DNA from: Limnochordia bacterium
Lineage (GTDB): Bacteria > Bacillota > Limnochordia > Darwinibacteriales > DTU012
Assembly (NCBI GenBank): GCA_007116145.1
Contig: SKJB01000050.1
Location: forward strand, 1,638 to 65,637
Direction: 5' to 3'
DNA: 64,000 nt
Both the position numbers and the translations under genes were made by a program. This document shows positions 1-11,433 of the stretch, piece by piece (the stretch's first letter is position 1; every line of letters starts with the position of its first letter). The notes beneath the pieces were generated by a model. That model saw nothing but the letters and a program-made list of their open reading frames with translations. It did not search any database and had not been told where the DNA came from.

Positions 1-101
1 GGGTAGAAGGCCATAAAAATAATCTGCAAGGCAAAAAGCGCTAAGGCCCATAGCCAGAGGGATCTCGCATACATCTTAAACTCAAATATATAGATATTCA
101 T
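1..101 (-). CDS. ABC-2 type permease, N-terminal part (runs off the left edge)
   Basis: ATG at 101 with GGTGAG RBS just after the ATPase stop; reads MNIYIFEFKMYARSLWLWALALFALQIIFMAFYP, hydrophobic. Confidence 0.75.
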   Translation of the reverse strand, partial: MNIYIFEFKMYARSLWLWALALFALQIIFMAFY

Positions 102-110
102 TTCACTCAC

Positions 111-989
<879 letters not shown>

Positions 990-1010
990 ATCCTCCGTTT
1001 CCAGCTATCT

Positions 1011-2567
1011 CTAAACAACTTTCGTCGTCCAACCCTCTACATTCCAGATATCAGTGACCCAGTCTTGATAGAACTCTGGTTCATGGCTTACTAAAATAAC
1101 AGTACCTTTGAATGCGATGAGCGCTTGTTTGAGAGATTCTTTGGCCTCTACGTCTAAATGATTCGTGGGTTCATCTAATACTAACCAGTTCACATCTTTT
1201 AACATAAGTTTGCAGAGGCGCACTTTCGCATTTTCGCCTCCAGATAATACCATCATCTGGCTCTCAATGATCTCCGTTGTTAAACCACATCGAGCCAAAG
1301 CTGAGCGCACTTCCCAATTACTCAGACCAGGGTACTCCTCCCAGATCTCATCCATGGCAGTATGCCGCTTTGTTCTTGTATCCTCTTGTTCAAAATAGCC
1401 TGGGTGGAGGTAGTCATCTAAAGCAATCTTTCCTGTGACAGGTTTGAGTAGCCCTAACATCGTCTTTAACAGCGTTGATTTACCCAAGCCATTCACGCCC
1501 TTAACAGCCACCTTCTGCCCCCGTTCTAGAGCGATATTGAGCGGGTTTGTCAGTGGTTCATCATAACCTAGCACCAAATCATGACCTTGAAACACAAGGC
1601 GCCCAGTAGCACGTGCATCTCTAAATTTAAACACTGGTTTAGCTTTTTCCCGGGACTTCTCGATGATATCCATTTTATCGAGCTTTTTTTGGCGACTCTT
1701 CGCCATATTCGAGGTGGCTACCCGAGCCTTGTTTCTTGCAATAAAATCCTCTAATTTATCAATTTCCTTTTGTTGTCGTTCATACGCCTGCTCAACCTGG
1801 AGCTTCTTTAACTGGTACATTTTTTGAAACTCATCATAGTTGCCCGTAAACCGCGTCAATATGGCATTTTCCACATGATAGACCACATTGACAACATCGT
1901 TAAGAAAGCTAATATCATGGGATACGAGGATAAAAGCGTTTTCATAGGTCTGCAAATAGTGCTTCAACCAATAGATATGATTCTCGTCGAGAAAGTTTGT
2001 CGGTTCATCAAGAATTAGAATCATTGGGTTCTCTAACAACAGCTTGGTTAATAAAACCTTCGCTCGTTGTCCACCACTAAGATCAGCAACATCGCGCTCG
2101 AGTCCAATCTCGCCTAAACCTAAGCCATTGGCAACTTCCTCAATTTTTGCATCAATCATATAGAAGCCGTTATATTCGAGAATGCTTTGAATCTCGCCCA
2201 CATCTTCCATCATGACGGCCATCTCTTTATCGCTTACACTACCCATTTTCTCGTAAAGTGCATACATTTCCTGCTCTAACTGAAACATCGGTCCAAAGGC
2301 TTCTTGCAGTACTTCACGGATACTTTTCCCCTTACTCAAAGCGGTATACTGATCAAGATACCCCGTCGTTATTCGATTACACCATGCTACCTTACCTTGA
2401 TCTGGCATCAACTTGCCTGTTATTATATTTAAAAATGTCGACTTTCCTTCACCATTTGCTCCGACTAAGCCTACATGCTCGCCTTTTAGCAACCGAAAAG
2501 AAGCATCTTCTAAAATTTTACGCGCTCCAAAACCGTGACTCACATTTTCTACTGTTAATATGCTCAT
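1011..2567 (-). CDS. yfmM: ABC-F ribosome-associated ATPase, YfmM-like
   Basis: Two NBDs (GANGEGKST, GVNGLGKST), LSGG signatures, LDEPTN twice, no TM segments; N-terminus resembles YfmM. Confidence 0.85.
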   Translation of the reverse strand: MSILTVENVSHGFGARKILEDASFRLLKGEHVGLVGANGEGKSTFLNIITGKLMPDQGKVAWCNRITTGYLDQYTALSKGKSIREVLQEAFGPMFQLEQEMYALYEKMGSVSDKEMAVMMEDVGEIQSILEYNGFYMIDAKIEEVANGLGLGEIGLERDVADLSGGQRAKVLLTKLLLENPMILILDEPTNFLDENHIYWLKHYLQTYENAFILVSHDISFLNDVVNVVYHVENAILTRFTGNYDEFQKMYQLKKLQVEQAYERQQKEIDKLEDFIARNKARVATSNMAKSRQKKLDKMDIIEKSREKAKPVFKFRDARATGRLVFQGHDLVLGYDEPLTNPLNIALERGQKVAVKGVNGLGKSTLLKTMLGLLKPVTGKIALDDYLHPGYFEQEDTRTKRHTAMDEIWEEYPGLSNWEVRSALARCGLTTEIIESQMMVLSGGENAKVRLCKLMLKDVNWLVLDEPTNHLDVEAKESLKQALIAFKGTVILVSHEPEFYQDWVTDIWNVEGWTTKVV

Positions 2568-2606
2568 GTTTACCTCGCCCTAACTATTAGTATTGCATCC
2601 TAAACT

Positions 2607-2635
2607 ATTGTACCGATTTAGAGTTAAGAAGTCAA
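2607..2635 (-). promoter_or_regulatory. SigA-type promoter for the ABC-F gene
   Basis: TTGACT-N17-TACAAT on the minus strand. Confidence 0.65.
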
Positions 2636-2832
2636 AGAGAAAATATTCCCGAAACGTCACGCTGGCTGTATGTTCACACCGCACACATTGGGTTTTCTTC
2701 CTGTTCTTGTTGTATGCTTGCATATTCTCGGAATCTTAGGAGGATTTTTCCCTTTTAAAGCGAAATAGTAGATATTTAAAGGTAATGCCTACTATTCAAG
2801 CTAATCATTCGATGTCAGGAAGGAAGGTTGTT

Positions 2833-5775
2833 ATGGTTGAAAATCACCCTCCGTCGCATCACTCTATGGAGCCATTATACTATGTTGGCGTCGGGGCCTC
2901 TGCCGGCGGGCTAGAAGCACTTCAAGATTTTTTTCAGTCGATGCCAAGCGATACAGGGATGGCGTTTGTGGTAATCCAACATTTATCACCAGATTATCGC
3001 AGTATGATGGATGAGTTGCTTGCTCGTTACACGAACATGCAAATCCACATCGCCCAAGACGGTATGTTTGTTGAGCGCAATGTAATCTACTTAATTCCAC
3101 CCCGTAGCAACCTGAAGATCTTTCATGGTAAACTCTTCCTTGAAGACCAGTTGAATCGCAAATCGTTAAATCTACCTATTGACGTTTTCTTCCGTTCATT
3201 AGCAACAGATCAAGGACAACGCTCAATTGCAGTGATCCTCTCAGGCACTGGGAGTGATGGCACCCTTGGTGTCCGCGCCGTGAAAGAAGCTGGCGGGATA
3301 ATTCTTGTCCAAGATGAGAAAACCGCTAAGTTTGACGGCATGCCTCGCAGTTCGATTTCTACTGGGCTAGTTGATTACATCCTCCCGCCCGCTAACATGG
3401 CGGAGGAAATGCTGAACTACATAAAACATCCTTTTATTCGAAAAACCAAAACACTAGAAAAAGATCTGCCACAGAATTTAGATACGTTGACAAAAATTAA
3501 CCTCATCCTACGAGATCACATAGGCATTGATTTCTCATACTACAAAGAAAACACGGTTATCCGTAGATTAGAACGCCGAGTAAGTATAAACCGCCACAAT
3601 AGTCTTGAGGAATACCTTGCCTTTCTGCTTGAATCTGACAAAGAAAAAGAAATTCTCCATCGTGAGCTGCTGATCGGGGTCACTCGTTTTTTTCGTGACA
3701 GCGAGGCTTTCGCCAGTCTCAGACAACAGGTGCTGCCGAAGCTAGATTGGAAGAAGAACACTATTCGCCTCTGGTCTGCTGGTTGTTCCACTGGCGAAGA
3801 GGTGTATGCCTTGACCATGTGTTGCCTTGAGGAAATGGAGAAACAGCGCTCCCACTGCGACCTCAAAGTTTTTGCCACCGATATTGATCGCAATGCACTG
3901 AATGTCGCTAGTCAAGGCTTTTACCCCGAAAGTATTGTTGCAGACATTGAACCCGTATTGTTAACGAAGTACTTCAATCGGTTAGAAAATGGCTTCCAAG
4001 TAAAGGAGAACGTGCGGAAAGCTGTGGTTTTCGCCTCACATAATCTACTCAAAGACCCGCCTTTCTCTCGCTTAGACTTGATGGTATGCCGAAACCTATT
4101 TATTTATCTCAAACCGGATATGCAACAACGAATTCTTAATATGTTCTATTACTCGTTAAAACCAAATGGTTTTCTATTCATGGGCAGCAGTGAATCCTTA
4201 GGTGAAATGAGCGAAGGCTTTCGGACTGTTGATAGCAAGTGGAAGATCTACCAATACCAACAAGGTTTCCACCCCCCAGTTGCCAAGAATCTGTCGCTCC
4301 TCCCACAGCTGACTACCAAGAACGAGAATCTTTTTGCTAACAACCGGAACACTGGAGATTCCCTTCGTCAATCTAAACTGCTCGAGAGAGCGCTAGAATC
4401 TTCTATGCCTCCTTCTGTAATTGTGGATCGTAATGATCATATTATTCAAGTCATAAATGATATGAACCCATTTTTCCAGATTAAAGCCGGTCAATTCTCT
4501 AACAATTTACTGAAAATCCTTCCTAGTGAATTAGCTCTTTATACAAATGGGGTGTTGCGCCAGTTACGCGGAGGACAAGAACAGCTAACCATAGATACTC
4601 TGGCTGATGTGGTTATTGAAGGTCGCATTCTTAAGGTAGATCAAATTTCTTACTATCTACTAACTTTTCGTTCAGGAACAAAAATTGCGCAACCTGAAGG
4701 CCATGACAAGCCAACTTCTGCTGAATTCAACAGTCAAATGAGCCAACACATCCAGAATTTAGAGAAAGAGTTGCAGGTCAGCCGCGAAAATCTTCAGGCA
4801 ACTGTCGAGGAATTGGAAACCTCAAACGAAGAACTCCAGTCGTCAAACGAAGAGCTAATTGCCTCTAACGAAGAACTACAGAGCACAAACGAAGAGCTCC
4901 AGTCCGTAAATGAGGAGCTATATACGGTCAACTCAGAATTCCAGGCAAAGATTGACGAACTTACCCAATCAAATAACGACTTAATCAATCTGTTAAACAA
5001 CACAGCCATAGGAGCGATTTACCTCGATCGACACTTATGCATACGAAAAATTACTCCAATTACTAGTAAAATTACCCATCTGCGCGAAACTGACATCGGA
5101 CGACCGATAGCCCATGTTGCTACCATCGAGTTTTACCCAGATCTCATGGAAGATATCAAACAAGTCCAAAAAACCCTGCAGAATACGGATCGCGAAGTAG
5201 TCGATCAACACGAGCGTACCTGGTTCGTTCGGATTCGACCATACCGTACTTCATACAATGCTGTCGAAGGAATTCTCATTACGTTTATCGATATTAGCCG
5301 CTTAAAGCATTTTGAAGGCGAAGTGGCAAATACCAGTAGGTTATTAGAAACTGTATTAGAATACAGTCCACTAGCGAAAACCATGGTCGATGCGAAGGGA
5401 CAGATCATCTACGCAAATAAGAAGGCCGAAGAACTATTAGGCATCACGCGAAGACAGATTAGGCACCGTACGTATGATGCCTCTGCTTGGAAAATAACTG
5501 ACCTTAACGGCAATCCAATTCCCCAAAACGAGCTGCCCTTTGCACTACTAAAGAGTACAAACAAACCAGTCAAGGCATTTAAACACTACATCGATATTCC
5601 CGGAAGTGGGCGGCGGCTGCTGAGCATCTCTGGAGTTCCCGTGCTTCGGCAAGACGGAACTTTCGATGGGGGCGTTTTCGCCTTGGAACAAGAGGAAGGA
5701 GGAGCGCTACAAGATGATTCCCCCAAAGAACCTCAACCATTGGCAGACACAGATCACAAAAATTCTGCAAGATAA
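2833..5775 (+). CDS. CheB methylesterase / CheR methyltransferase / coiled coil / PAS fusion
   Basis: CheB motifs GASAGG, QHL, GTGSDG; CheR motifs [22 protein letters not shown]; (S/T)NEELQS heptads; C-terminal PAS; start placed at ATG 2833 after AGGAAGG. Confidence 0.9.
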   Translation: MVENHPPSHHSMEPLYYVGVGASAGGLEALQDFFQSMPSDTGMAFVVIQHLSPDYRSMMDELLARYTNMQIHIAQDGMFVERNVIYLIPPRSNLKIFHGKLFLEDQLNRKSLNLPIDVFFRSLATDQGQRSIAVILSGTGSDGTLGVRAVKEAGGIILVQDEKTAKFDGMPRSSISTGLVDYILPPANMAEEMLNYIKHPFIRKTKTLEKDLPQNLDTLTKINLILRDHIGIDFSYYKENTVIRRLERRVSINRHNSLEEYLAFLLESDKEKEILHRELLIGVTRFFRDSEAFASLRQQVLPKLDWKKNTIRLWSAGCSTGEEVYALTMCCLEEMEKQRSHCDLKVFATDIDRNALNVASQGFYPESIVADIEPVLLTKYFNRLENGFQVKENVRKAVVFASHNLLKDPPFSRLDLMVCRNLFIYLKPDMQQRILNMFYYSLKPNGFLFMGSSESLGEMSEGFRTVDSKWKIYQYQQGFHPPVAKNLSLLPQLTTKNENLFANNRNTGDSLRQSKLLERALESSMPPSVIVDRNDHIIQVINDMNPFFQIKAGQFSNNLLKILPSELALYTNGVLRQLRGGQEQLTIDTLADVVIEGRILKVDQISYYLLTFRSGTKIAQPEGHDKPTSAEFNSQMSQHIQNLEKELQVSRENLQATVEELETSNEELQSSNEELIASNEELQSTNEELQSVNEELYTVNSEFQAKIDELTQSNNDLINLLNNTAIGAIYLDRHLCIRKITPITSKITHLRETDIGRPIAHVATIEFYPDLMEDIKQVQKTLQNTDREVVDQHERTWFVRIRPYRTSYNAVEGILITFIDISRLKHFEGEVANTSRLLETVLEYSPLAKTMVDAKGQIIYANKKAEELLGITRRQIRHRTYDASAWKITDLNGNPIPQNELPFALLKSTNKPVKAFKHYIDIPGSGRRLLSISGVPVLRQDGTFDGGVFALEQEEGGALQDDSPKEPQPLADTDHKNSAR

Positions 5776-8242
5776 TCTCAACACCAAAGACTTTAAACAC
5801 AAGACCTTAGATCAACTTGTGGAAGAGATCAGTACCTATTATCAAGAGCTCGAGTACCAAAATGAGGAATTAATCCGGACGCAAGAAGATTTAAACGAGA
5901 CGAGAGAACACTATGTGGAGTTATTTGAGGAAGCACCCATTGCCTATATTGTGATTGATGAGAATCATCAAATCGTGGCAGCGAATCGCGAATTCTGCCA
6001 CATGACAGGCGCGACACCCGAACTTACAAAAAGCACCCATTTTGAACAGTGGGTTGCTCCAGAGAGCCAGGATGCGCTTTATCTTCATTTGTTACAGCTA
6101 AAGAACGCATCCACTGTCGATCCAGTTGAGGTATTCATAAAAAGTCCCTCTGAAAAGCGCTTCGTCACACTACAGAGTAATCTGTTTGATGTGAAGGGCA
6201 AAAACCAAATCCGGATCAGTCTAGTGGATATTACGGATCGCAAACGTATTGAGCATGCTTTAGAGGAGAGCAAAGATCAGCTTCTTTGGTTTTTTTCTCA
6301 ATCTTTATATGGGTTTTTCTTTATGATGCTAGATGAACCAATCCAGTGGGATGAGTCTACGAATAAAGCAGAAACCCTAGATTATGTACTTCATCACGGA
6401 CATATAACTCGCATCAATTCAGCCATGCTGCATCAATACCGCGCCAAGGAAGAGGAATTTTTACACCTAACCCCCTATGATCTGTTTTTACATGACTTAG
6501 ATTATGGGCGTCAGATTCTGCGCGGTTTATTTGACAAGGGGCGTTGGCATGTAGAGACAGATGAACGGCGTTTTGATGGCACTAACATGTGGGTGGAAGG
6601 CGATTATATTTGTCTGTATGACGAGCAAGGTCGAATTACTGGACATTTTGGCGTACAAGCTGATATTACAGAACGCAAACAAGCAGAAGAGAACTTGAAG
6701 TTTCAGCTTAAATTTGAAAAAATGGTATCCGAAATCTCCTCCCATTTCATCAGTCTCCCTGCACAACAGATTGATGACGGGATCAACCATGTCTTACAGA
6801 CAGTAGGTACGTTCTTTAACGTTGATCGCACCTACATCTTTCAATTTTCCGACGACGGAATCTTCATGAGCAACACCCATGAATGGTGTGCAAACGGCAT
6901 CGCTAGTCAGATGAGTAAAGCTCAAAATGATCGAATAGATGCGCTCCCTTGGTGGGACCAGATGATCCGAACAAATGAGTATGTTCATATCCCCGATGTT
7001 AATGAACTCCCGTCTGAAGCCAAAGCCGAAAAAGCGATTTTTCAGTCTCATAGTATTCAGTCCTTATTATGTGTTCCCCTTGTCGTCAATCGGAGCATCG
7101 CTGGCTTTTTTGGGCTTGATACCGTTAAGAACAGGATAGTTTTTACACCCGATCAAGTTCTTCTGCTAAATATCGTGGCCGAAATCATGTCTAACGCCCT
7201 AGCAAGACGGAAAGACTTTCATACAATTTACCATTTGAGTTTTTATGATCAACTGACTGGGCTCTACAGCCGTAGATTCTATGATGAAGAACTACAGCGA
7301 TTGGATGTTCCTCGAAATCTACCCCTTACAATTGCAATCTTAGACGTAAATGGCTTGAAACTAACGAATGATGCCTTCGGACATCATGCTGGTGATCAGC
7401 TCTTGCAAAAAGTAGCGTCGGTGTTACGTCGCGAATGCCGAACGGATGATATTATCGCACGCATTGGTGGGGATGAATTTATCATTATCTTGCCGAAGAC
7501 AGATTCTAGTCAAGCTCATGCATTAACTGCTAGAATTTGTACAGCGGTTTCCAGTGAAACAATAGAAGCGCTACCCCTATCGGTATCCTGCGGTTTAGCA
7601 ACCAAGCTCGATAAACACAAAAAAGTGAGTGATGTTTTCAAAGAAGCTGAGGATAAAATGTATCGCACTAAGATTTCTGAACGAAGTAGTTATCGTCATG
7701 CCGTTATTGAGTTGATCATGAGCACACTCTATATCAAAATACCGCAAGAACAAGAGCATTCGCACCGGGTAAGCGAGTTATGTAGACGGATCGGACGAGC
7801 ATTAGGTCTAAGCCAGGTTGAAGTAAATGAATTAACAACAGCTGGGGTTTTGCACGATATTGGGAAGATTGTTGTTTCTAATGACCTCCTAAATAAACCT
7901 GGCGCCCTTAGCACATTAGAATGGCGAGAATTGAAGAGACATCCCGAAGTAGGCTATAGCATTCTGAGTTCGGTTACGGACTATGCACCTTTAGCAGAGT
8001 ATGTGTTTGCCCATCACGAACGCTGGGATGGAACAGGATATCCCAAAAAGCTTAAAGGCGAAGCGATCTCACTGCCAGCTAGAATTATTGCTTTGGCCGA
8101 TACATATGACGCGATGACTAGTGATAGATCCTATCGCAAAGCGCTGAGTCATGCAACGGCCTTAGAAGAAATTAAAGTTTGTGCCGGTAGTCAGTTTGAT
8201 CCTACGCTTACAGAAATATTCCTGCACATGATGCAGGAATAA
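5714..8242 (+). CDS. PAS-PAS-GAF-GGDEF-HD-GYP diguanylate cyclase/phosphodiesterase
   Basis: RTDD I-site and RIGGDEF; HDIGK and HHERWDGTGYP; DITERK PAC ends; GAF segment NTHEWC; ATG 5714 after GGAGGAG. Confidence 0.92.
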   Translation: MIPPKNLNHWQTQITKILQDNLNTKDFKHKTLDQLVEEISTYYQELEYQNEELIRTQEDLNETREHYVELFEEAPIAYIVIDENHQIVAANREFCHMTGATPELTKSTHFEQWVAPESQDALYLHLLQLKNASTVDPVEVFIKSPSEKRFVTLQSNLFDVKGKNQIRISLVDITDRKRIEHALEESKDQLLWFFSQSLYGFFFMMLDEPIQWDESTNKAETLDYVLHHGHITRINSAMLHQYRAKEEEFLHLTPYDLFLHDLDYGRQILRGLFDKGRWHVETDERRFDGTNMWVEGDYICLYDEQGRITGHFGVQADITERKQAEENLKFQLKFEKMVSEISSHFISLPAQQIDDGINHVLQTVGTFFNVDRTYIFQFSDDGIFMSNTHEWCANGIASQMSKAQNDRIDALPWWDQMIRTNEYVHIPDVNELPSEAKAEKAIFQSHSIQSLLCVPLVVNRSIAGFFGLDTVKNRIVFTPDQVLLLNIVAEIMSNALARRKDFHTIYHLSFYDQLTGLYSRRFYDEELQRLDVPRNLPLTIAILDVNGLKLTNDAFGHHAGDQLLQKVASVLRRECRTDDIIARIGGDEFIIILPKTDSSQAHALTARICTAVSSETIEALPLSVSCGLATKLDKHKKVSDVFKEAEDKMYRTKISERSSYRHAVIELIMSTLYIKIPQEQEHSHRVSELCRRIGRALGLSQVEVNELTTAGVLHDIGKIVVSNDLLNKPGALSTLEWRELKRHPEVGYSILSSVTDYAPLAEYVFAHHERWDGTGYPKKLKGEAISLPARIIALADTYDAMTSDRSYRKALSHATALEEIKVCAGSQFDPTLTEIFLHMMQE

Positions 8243-8268
8243 GAGGGTTTTTGGCTTATAGAGAGTTC

Positions 8269-9432
8269 TTAGCGCGCTTTATTTATCCGTTGTTCATAGG
8301 CTGACCGAATCCACGCGCCTAAGCGGTTTGACTTTAAATCAACAGCGGTTGCAGGACATAGTTCATGACAACAATAACAGCGAATACATTGCTCTCGTTT
8401 TATGAGAAGACCCTTTTCCCCTTTGCTGATACTCTTAACTGGACATGAACTATAGCATAGGTCACAACCTATGCACTTCCCTTGATTTATGACTGGATAC
8501 GCTTGCATCCAATTTAGCGAGTGTTTCATAATAAATGCAGGCGGTTGCAGTCCTCGTTGTCGAACTTTATATTTTTTTTGTTTACGTTGTGCAAAAGGTC
8601 CATGTACTTGGATCTCTGCTGACGACAGCACTCCGAGTTTGCGAGCACTTGCTTTTGTTAACATCTGTATCTTATGCGGATCGAGTCCGATTAATTGACA
8701 ACATACTGCATCGACAGCCACACTATCATACCCAGCGATTAAAGCTCCCACCGTGCGCGGATCCCCAGCAGCAGGACCATCGCCCTCCATCCCCACGATG
8801 CCATCCATAATAGCTAGGTGCGGCTTGGCAAGGGCAAAGATGTCAACTAAGTAATCACTAAATTCGTTTATTCCTGGAGCAACCTGATGATACCAGGCTT
8901 TACGCGCTCCTGGTACACATCCGTACATATTCTTTACGGCACCCGTAAACACCGTTAACATATGGGTTTTTAGCTTGGGCATGCTAACTACTACATCTGC
9001 TTCTAACACAGGTTTCGCTATGTATATTTTTTCAAACGCCTGACCACGCGGATTTTCAAACTCCACGACGCCTGCCGTGTCAAAATTAACAATTTCGCCA
9101 CCACATGAATCGACAGCCGCGCGCACCCCAGATACCTCCAGGGCTTGACTCGTCCGATTGCTACCTGGTATAATTCCCCCTGAGCTATCGCCCACCCAAA
9201 CCCTTGCCCCTCTGGCAATGAAGTTTTTGGTAACAGCCCGCACCACCTCAGGATGGGTGGTTACTGCTTTCTCCGGTTTGCTCGGACTTAACAAATTAAC
9301 CTTTAACAATACTTGCGTACCGGGCTTGATTATTTTTTCGATATCCGCTAACGCGTCTATGAGTTGATTAATTGCTTCTTCTACACGTGCACGCTGGTAA
9401 TCCAGACACTCCACTAAAAATACCTCGCTCAT
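8269..9432 (-). CDS. DUF362 family protein with C-terminal 2x[4Fe-4S] domain
   Basis: THPEVV, PKLKTH, GAVKN, GMEGDGP; CIGCDLCYSSCP and CIRCYCCHELCP. Confidence 0.85.
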   Translation of the reverse strand: MSEVFLVECLDYQRARVEEAINQLIDALADIEKIIKPGTQVLLKVNLLSPSKPEKAVTTHPEVVRAVTKNFIARGARVWVGDSSGGIIPGSNRTSQALEVSGVRAAVDSCGGEIVNFDTAGVVEFENPRGQAFEKIYIAKPVLEADVVVSMPKLKTHMLTVFTGAVKNMYGCVPGARKAWYHQVAPGINEFSDYLVDIFALAKPHLAIMDGIVGMEGDGPAAGDPRTVGALIAGYDSVAVDAVCCQLIGLDPHKIQMLTKASARKLGVLSSAEIQVHGPFAQRKQKKYKVRQRGLQPPAFIMKHSLNWMQAYPVINQGKCIGCDLCYSSCPVKSISKGEKGLLIKREQCIRCYCCHELCPATAVDLKSNRLGAWIRSAYEQRINKAR

Positions 9433-9821
9433 TTATCTCCACCCTCAGCTAGAACCGTTGCTACATCCACTGCAACCTTCGCGACCACTACCACAGCAAC
9501 TTCGCCAACAAACTTAGGGTTCGTAGTTATTGTAAAGTCGACCCCTTTTTGGCGAGCAGCAATAATGACTGGCATAGCGGCAGTGCGTGCTTGGGCATGG
9601 ACGACCACTTCATTAGCAAGTTGATCATGGACTGCTTGCACCAGTGCCTGGATACCCTCTTTACTTGTAAGCTGTCGAAAGGTCGCTGCTTGAATAACGC
9701 GCTCCCGAAAAAAACCTAAAAATCGACGTCGTTCATCCATCTTTAATTGGGGAGTACCATGAATTCCCACCGCTATTGTTTTTTCTAGATTTGATTTACC
9801 ATTCCAACCTGCTGTTGTCAC
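9429..9821 (-). CDS. YueI/DUF1694 family protein
   Basis: GIHGTPQLKMDERRRFLGFFRERV motif; stop overlaps the next start. Confidence 0.75.
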   Translation of the reverse strand: MTTAGWNGKSNLEKTIAVGIHGTPQLKMDERRRFLGFFRERVIQAATFRQLTSKEGIQALVQAVHDQLANEVVVHAQARTAAMPVIIAARQKGVDFTITTNPKFVGEVAVVVVAKVAVDVATVLAEGGDK

Positions 9822-9836
9822 AACCTATCGCCTCCA

Positions 9837-10220
9837 TCAATCGGCCTCTCTGGGAGTCTCCCATGCGAGTATTCCGCCCGTTACGTTTAACACCCTAGTA
9901 AAACCCATTGCACCTAGAATCTTTTGCGCCTGGGCACTCCGTGCTCCACTGCGACACATCACTACTATTTTAGTATCTTTCTCTAGATTTTGCAACTCTA
10001 GCGAGTCCGAAAGCTGTGCTAAAGGGATGTTTATTGCTTGAGGTATTCCGATTACAGCGACCTCTTCTGGTTCTCGTACATCTACCAACAAGAACGTTTC
10101 TTTGGCTGCGAGCATGCTCTGGAGTTCCGCCGGGGAAATCACAGACGCCGTACTAGCCACTGCCAAATAGCGCCAGCCAAATAGCCCAAGCACGACCACG
10201 AGTACTATCCATTTTGTCAT
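9837..10220 (-). CDS. Membrane-anchored rhodanese-like sulfurtransferase
   Basis: DVREPEE, active loop CRSGARS, GGILAW; N-terminal hydrophobic segment. Confidence 0.88.
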   Translation of the reverse strand: MTKWIVLVVVLGLFGWRYLAVASTASVISPAELQSMLAAKETFLLVDVREPEEVAVIGIPQAINIPLAQLSDSLELQNLEKDTKIVVMCRSGARSAQAQKILGAMGFTRVLNVTGGILAWETPREAD

Positions 10221-10364
10221 TGTTACTCTGCCTCCCATTTCAAACACTCCCTTCTATTATAGCCATATTAACCGCATTTTCTCCAGCGACCTTTTATTTA
10301 AAAATTCTGACTTAATGCCGACAAAAAAATAACCTATCAACGATAGATCATTTCATCTAAGGGT

Positions 10365-10450
10365 TGGTGCCGGGAGCGGGACTTGAACCCGCACGGACTT
10401 GCGCCCAACGGATTTTAAGTCCGTAGCGTCTACCATTCCGCCACCCCGGC
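10365..10450 (-). tRNA. tRNA-Leu (TAA)
   Basis: GCCGGGG...CCCGGCACCA acceptor stem, anticodon arm ACGGA-CTTAAAA-TCCGT, long variable arm, GTTCAAG T-loop. Confidence 0.97.
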
Positions 10451-10472
10451 ATGGGTGATAATCACAATAGCT

Positions 10473-10501
10473 ATTATATATCACTAGAGAATCTCTGTCA
10501 A
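10473..10501 (-). promoter_or_regulatory. Consensus SigA promoter of tRNA-Leu
   Basis: TTGACA-N17-TATAAT. Confidence 0.85.
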
Positions 10502-11433
10502 CAGTCTTTTTCTCGCTTATTTTGATAAATGATGCCTTGGAGCAGGTCCCCATCACTAACAAGCATCCGATTTACCCCGAGTAAACGAAGTACACGGTAT
10601 AAAATTGCCACTCCCGCAACAATTACATCTTCTCGTCCTTGAGTCATTCCTGGCAATTTTAGCCGTGTGGCAACATCGAGTTCGGCTAAGCGTTGGTACC
10701 AATCATATACCACTTCAATCGTTAACTCCCTACCTGTTACTTGTTCGCCACTATACTCGTTTAACTGCAATTCTAGCGCTGCAATCGTGGTCACCGTTCC
10801 ACCCACACCGATCAGTGGGCTTGACTGATACTGCTCCCCTTGTGCTACAAGCGGTTGTAACCGGCTATCAATGAGCCTTTCTAGCGCTAGTTGCTCCTGC
10901 TTAGATACAGGGTGCTTCGAAATGCACGCTTCCGTCATCCGGACAGCCCCAACCTGCCCGCTACCTCCACTGAAAATCGTGCCTGTTAAAGAGCCGTAGA
11001 TTAACTCTGTACTCCCTCCACCGATATCTAAAACACCCACAGTCGTTGCCCGTGTTTTCTGGTGCTCTACGGCTGCTATGGCTCCCAAAAAAGACGCTGC
11101 TGCCTCTTGAGAACCCGTTAGAACCTGCACCTTCCATCCAGTTTGCGCTTGGACACGGACGACAAAATCCTCTCGATTCGCGGCATCGCGGACGGCACTC
11201 GTTGCCATAACAATCACTGCTTTCACCGGATAGTTGGCAATACTATCTCGGTATTCACAAAGCACAGCTACGGTACGGTTTATTGCCTCTTCCGCTAAAC
11301 AGCCAGAACTATCTACTCCTTGTCCAAGGCGCGTCACCGCTAGCTTCGCTACTAGGGGGATGAGTTTCTCAGATTTTACTTGTCCAATAAATAATCGCAC
11401 AGAATTCGTGCCAATATCAATACTCGCTAACAT
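10498..11433 (-). CDS. ppx: Ppx/GppA family exopolyphosphatase (short form)
   Basis: IDIGTNSVRL, ATSAVRDA, DIGGGSTE, GVGGT. Confidence 0.9.
   Translation of the reverse strand: MLASIDIGTNSVRLFIGQVKSEKLIPLVAKLAVTRLGQGVDSSGCLAEEAINRTVAVLCEYRDSIANYPVKAVIVMATSAVRDAANREDFVVRVQAQTGWKVQVLTGSQEAAASFLGAIAAVEHQKTRATTVGVLDIGGGSTELIYGSLTGTIFSGGSGQVGAVRMTEACISKHPVSKQEQLALERLIDSRLQPLVAQGEQYQSSPLIGVGGTVTTIAALELQLNEYSGEQVTGRELTIEVVYDWYQRLAELDVATRLKLPGMTQGREDVIVAGVAILYRVLRLLGVNRMLVSDGDLLQGIIYQNKREKDC

Noticed and set aside
4800..4925. 21-bp periodic DNA repeat (AACGAAGA...)
   Set aside because: Explained by the NEEL heptad coding in CheBR; not CRISPR or iterons
10353..10562. 69-aa ORF
   Set aside because: Runs through tRNA-Leu and its promoter
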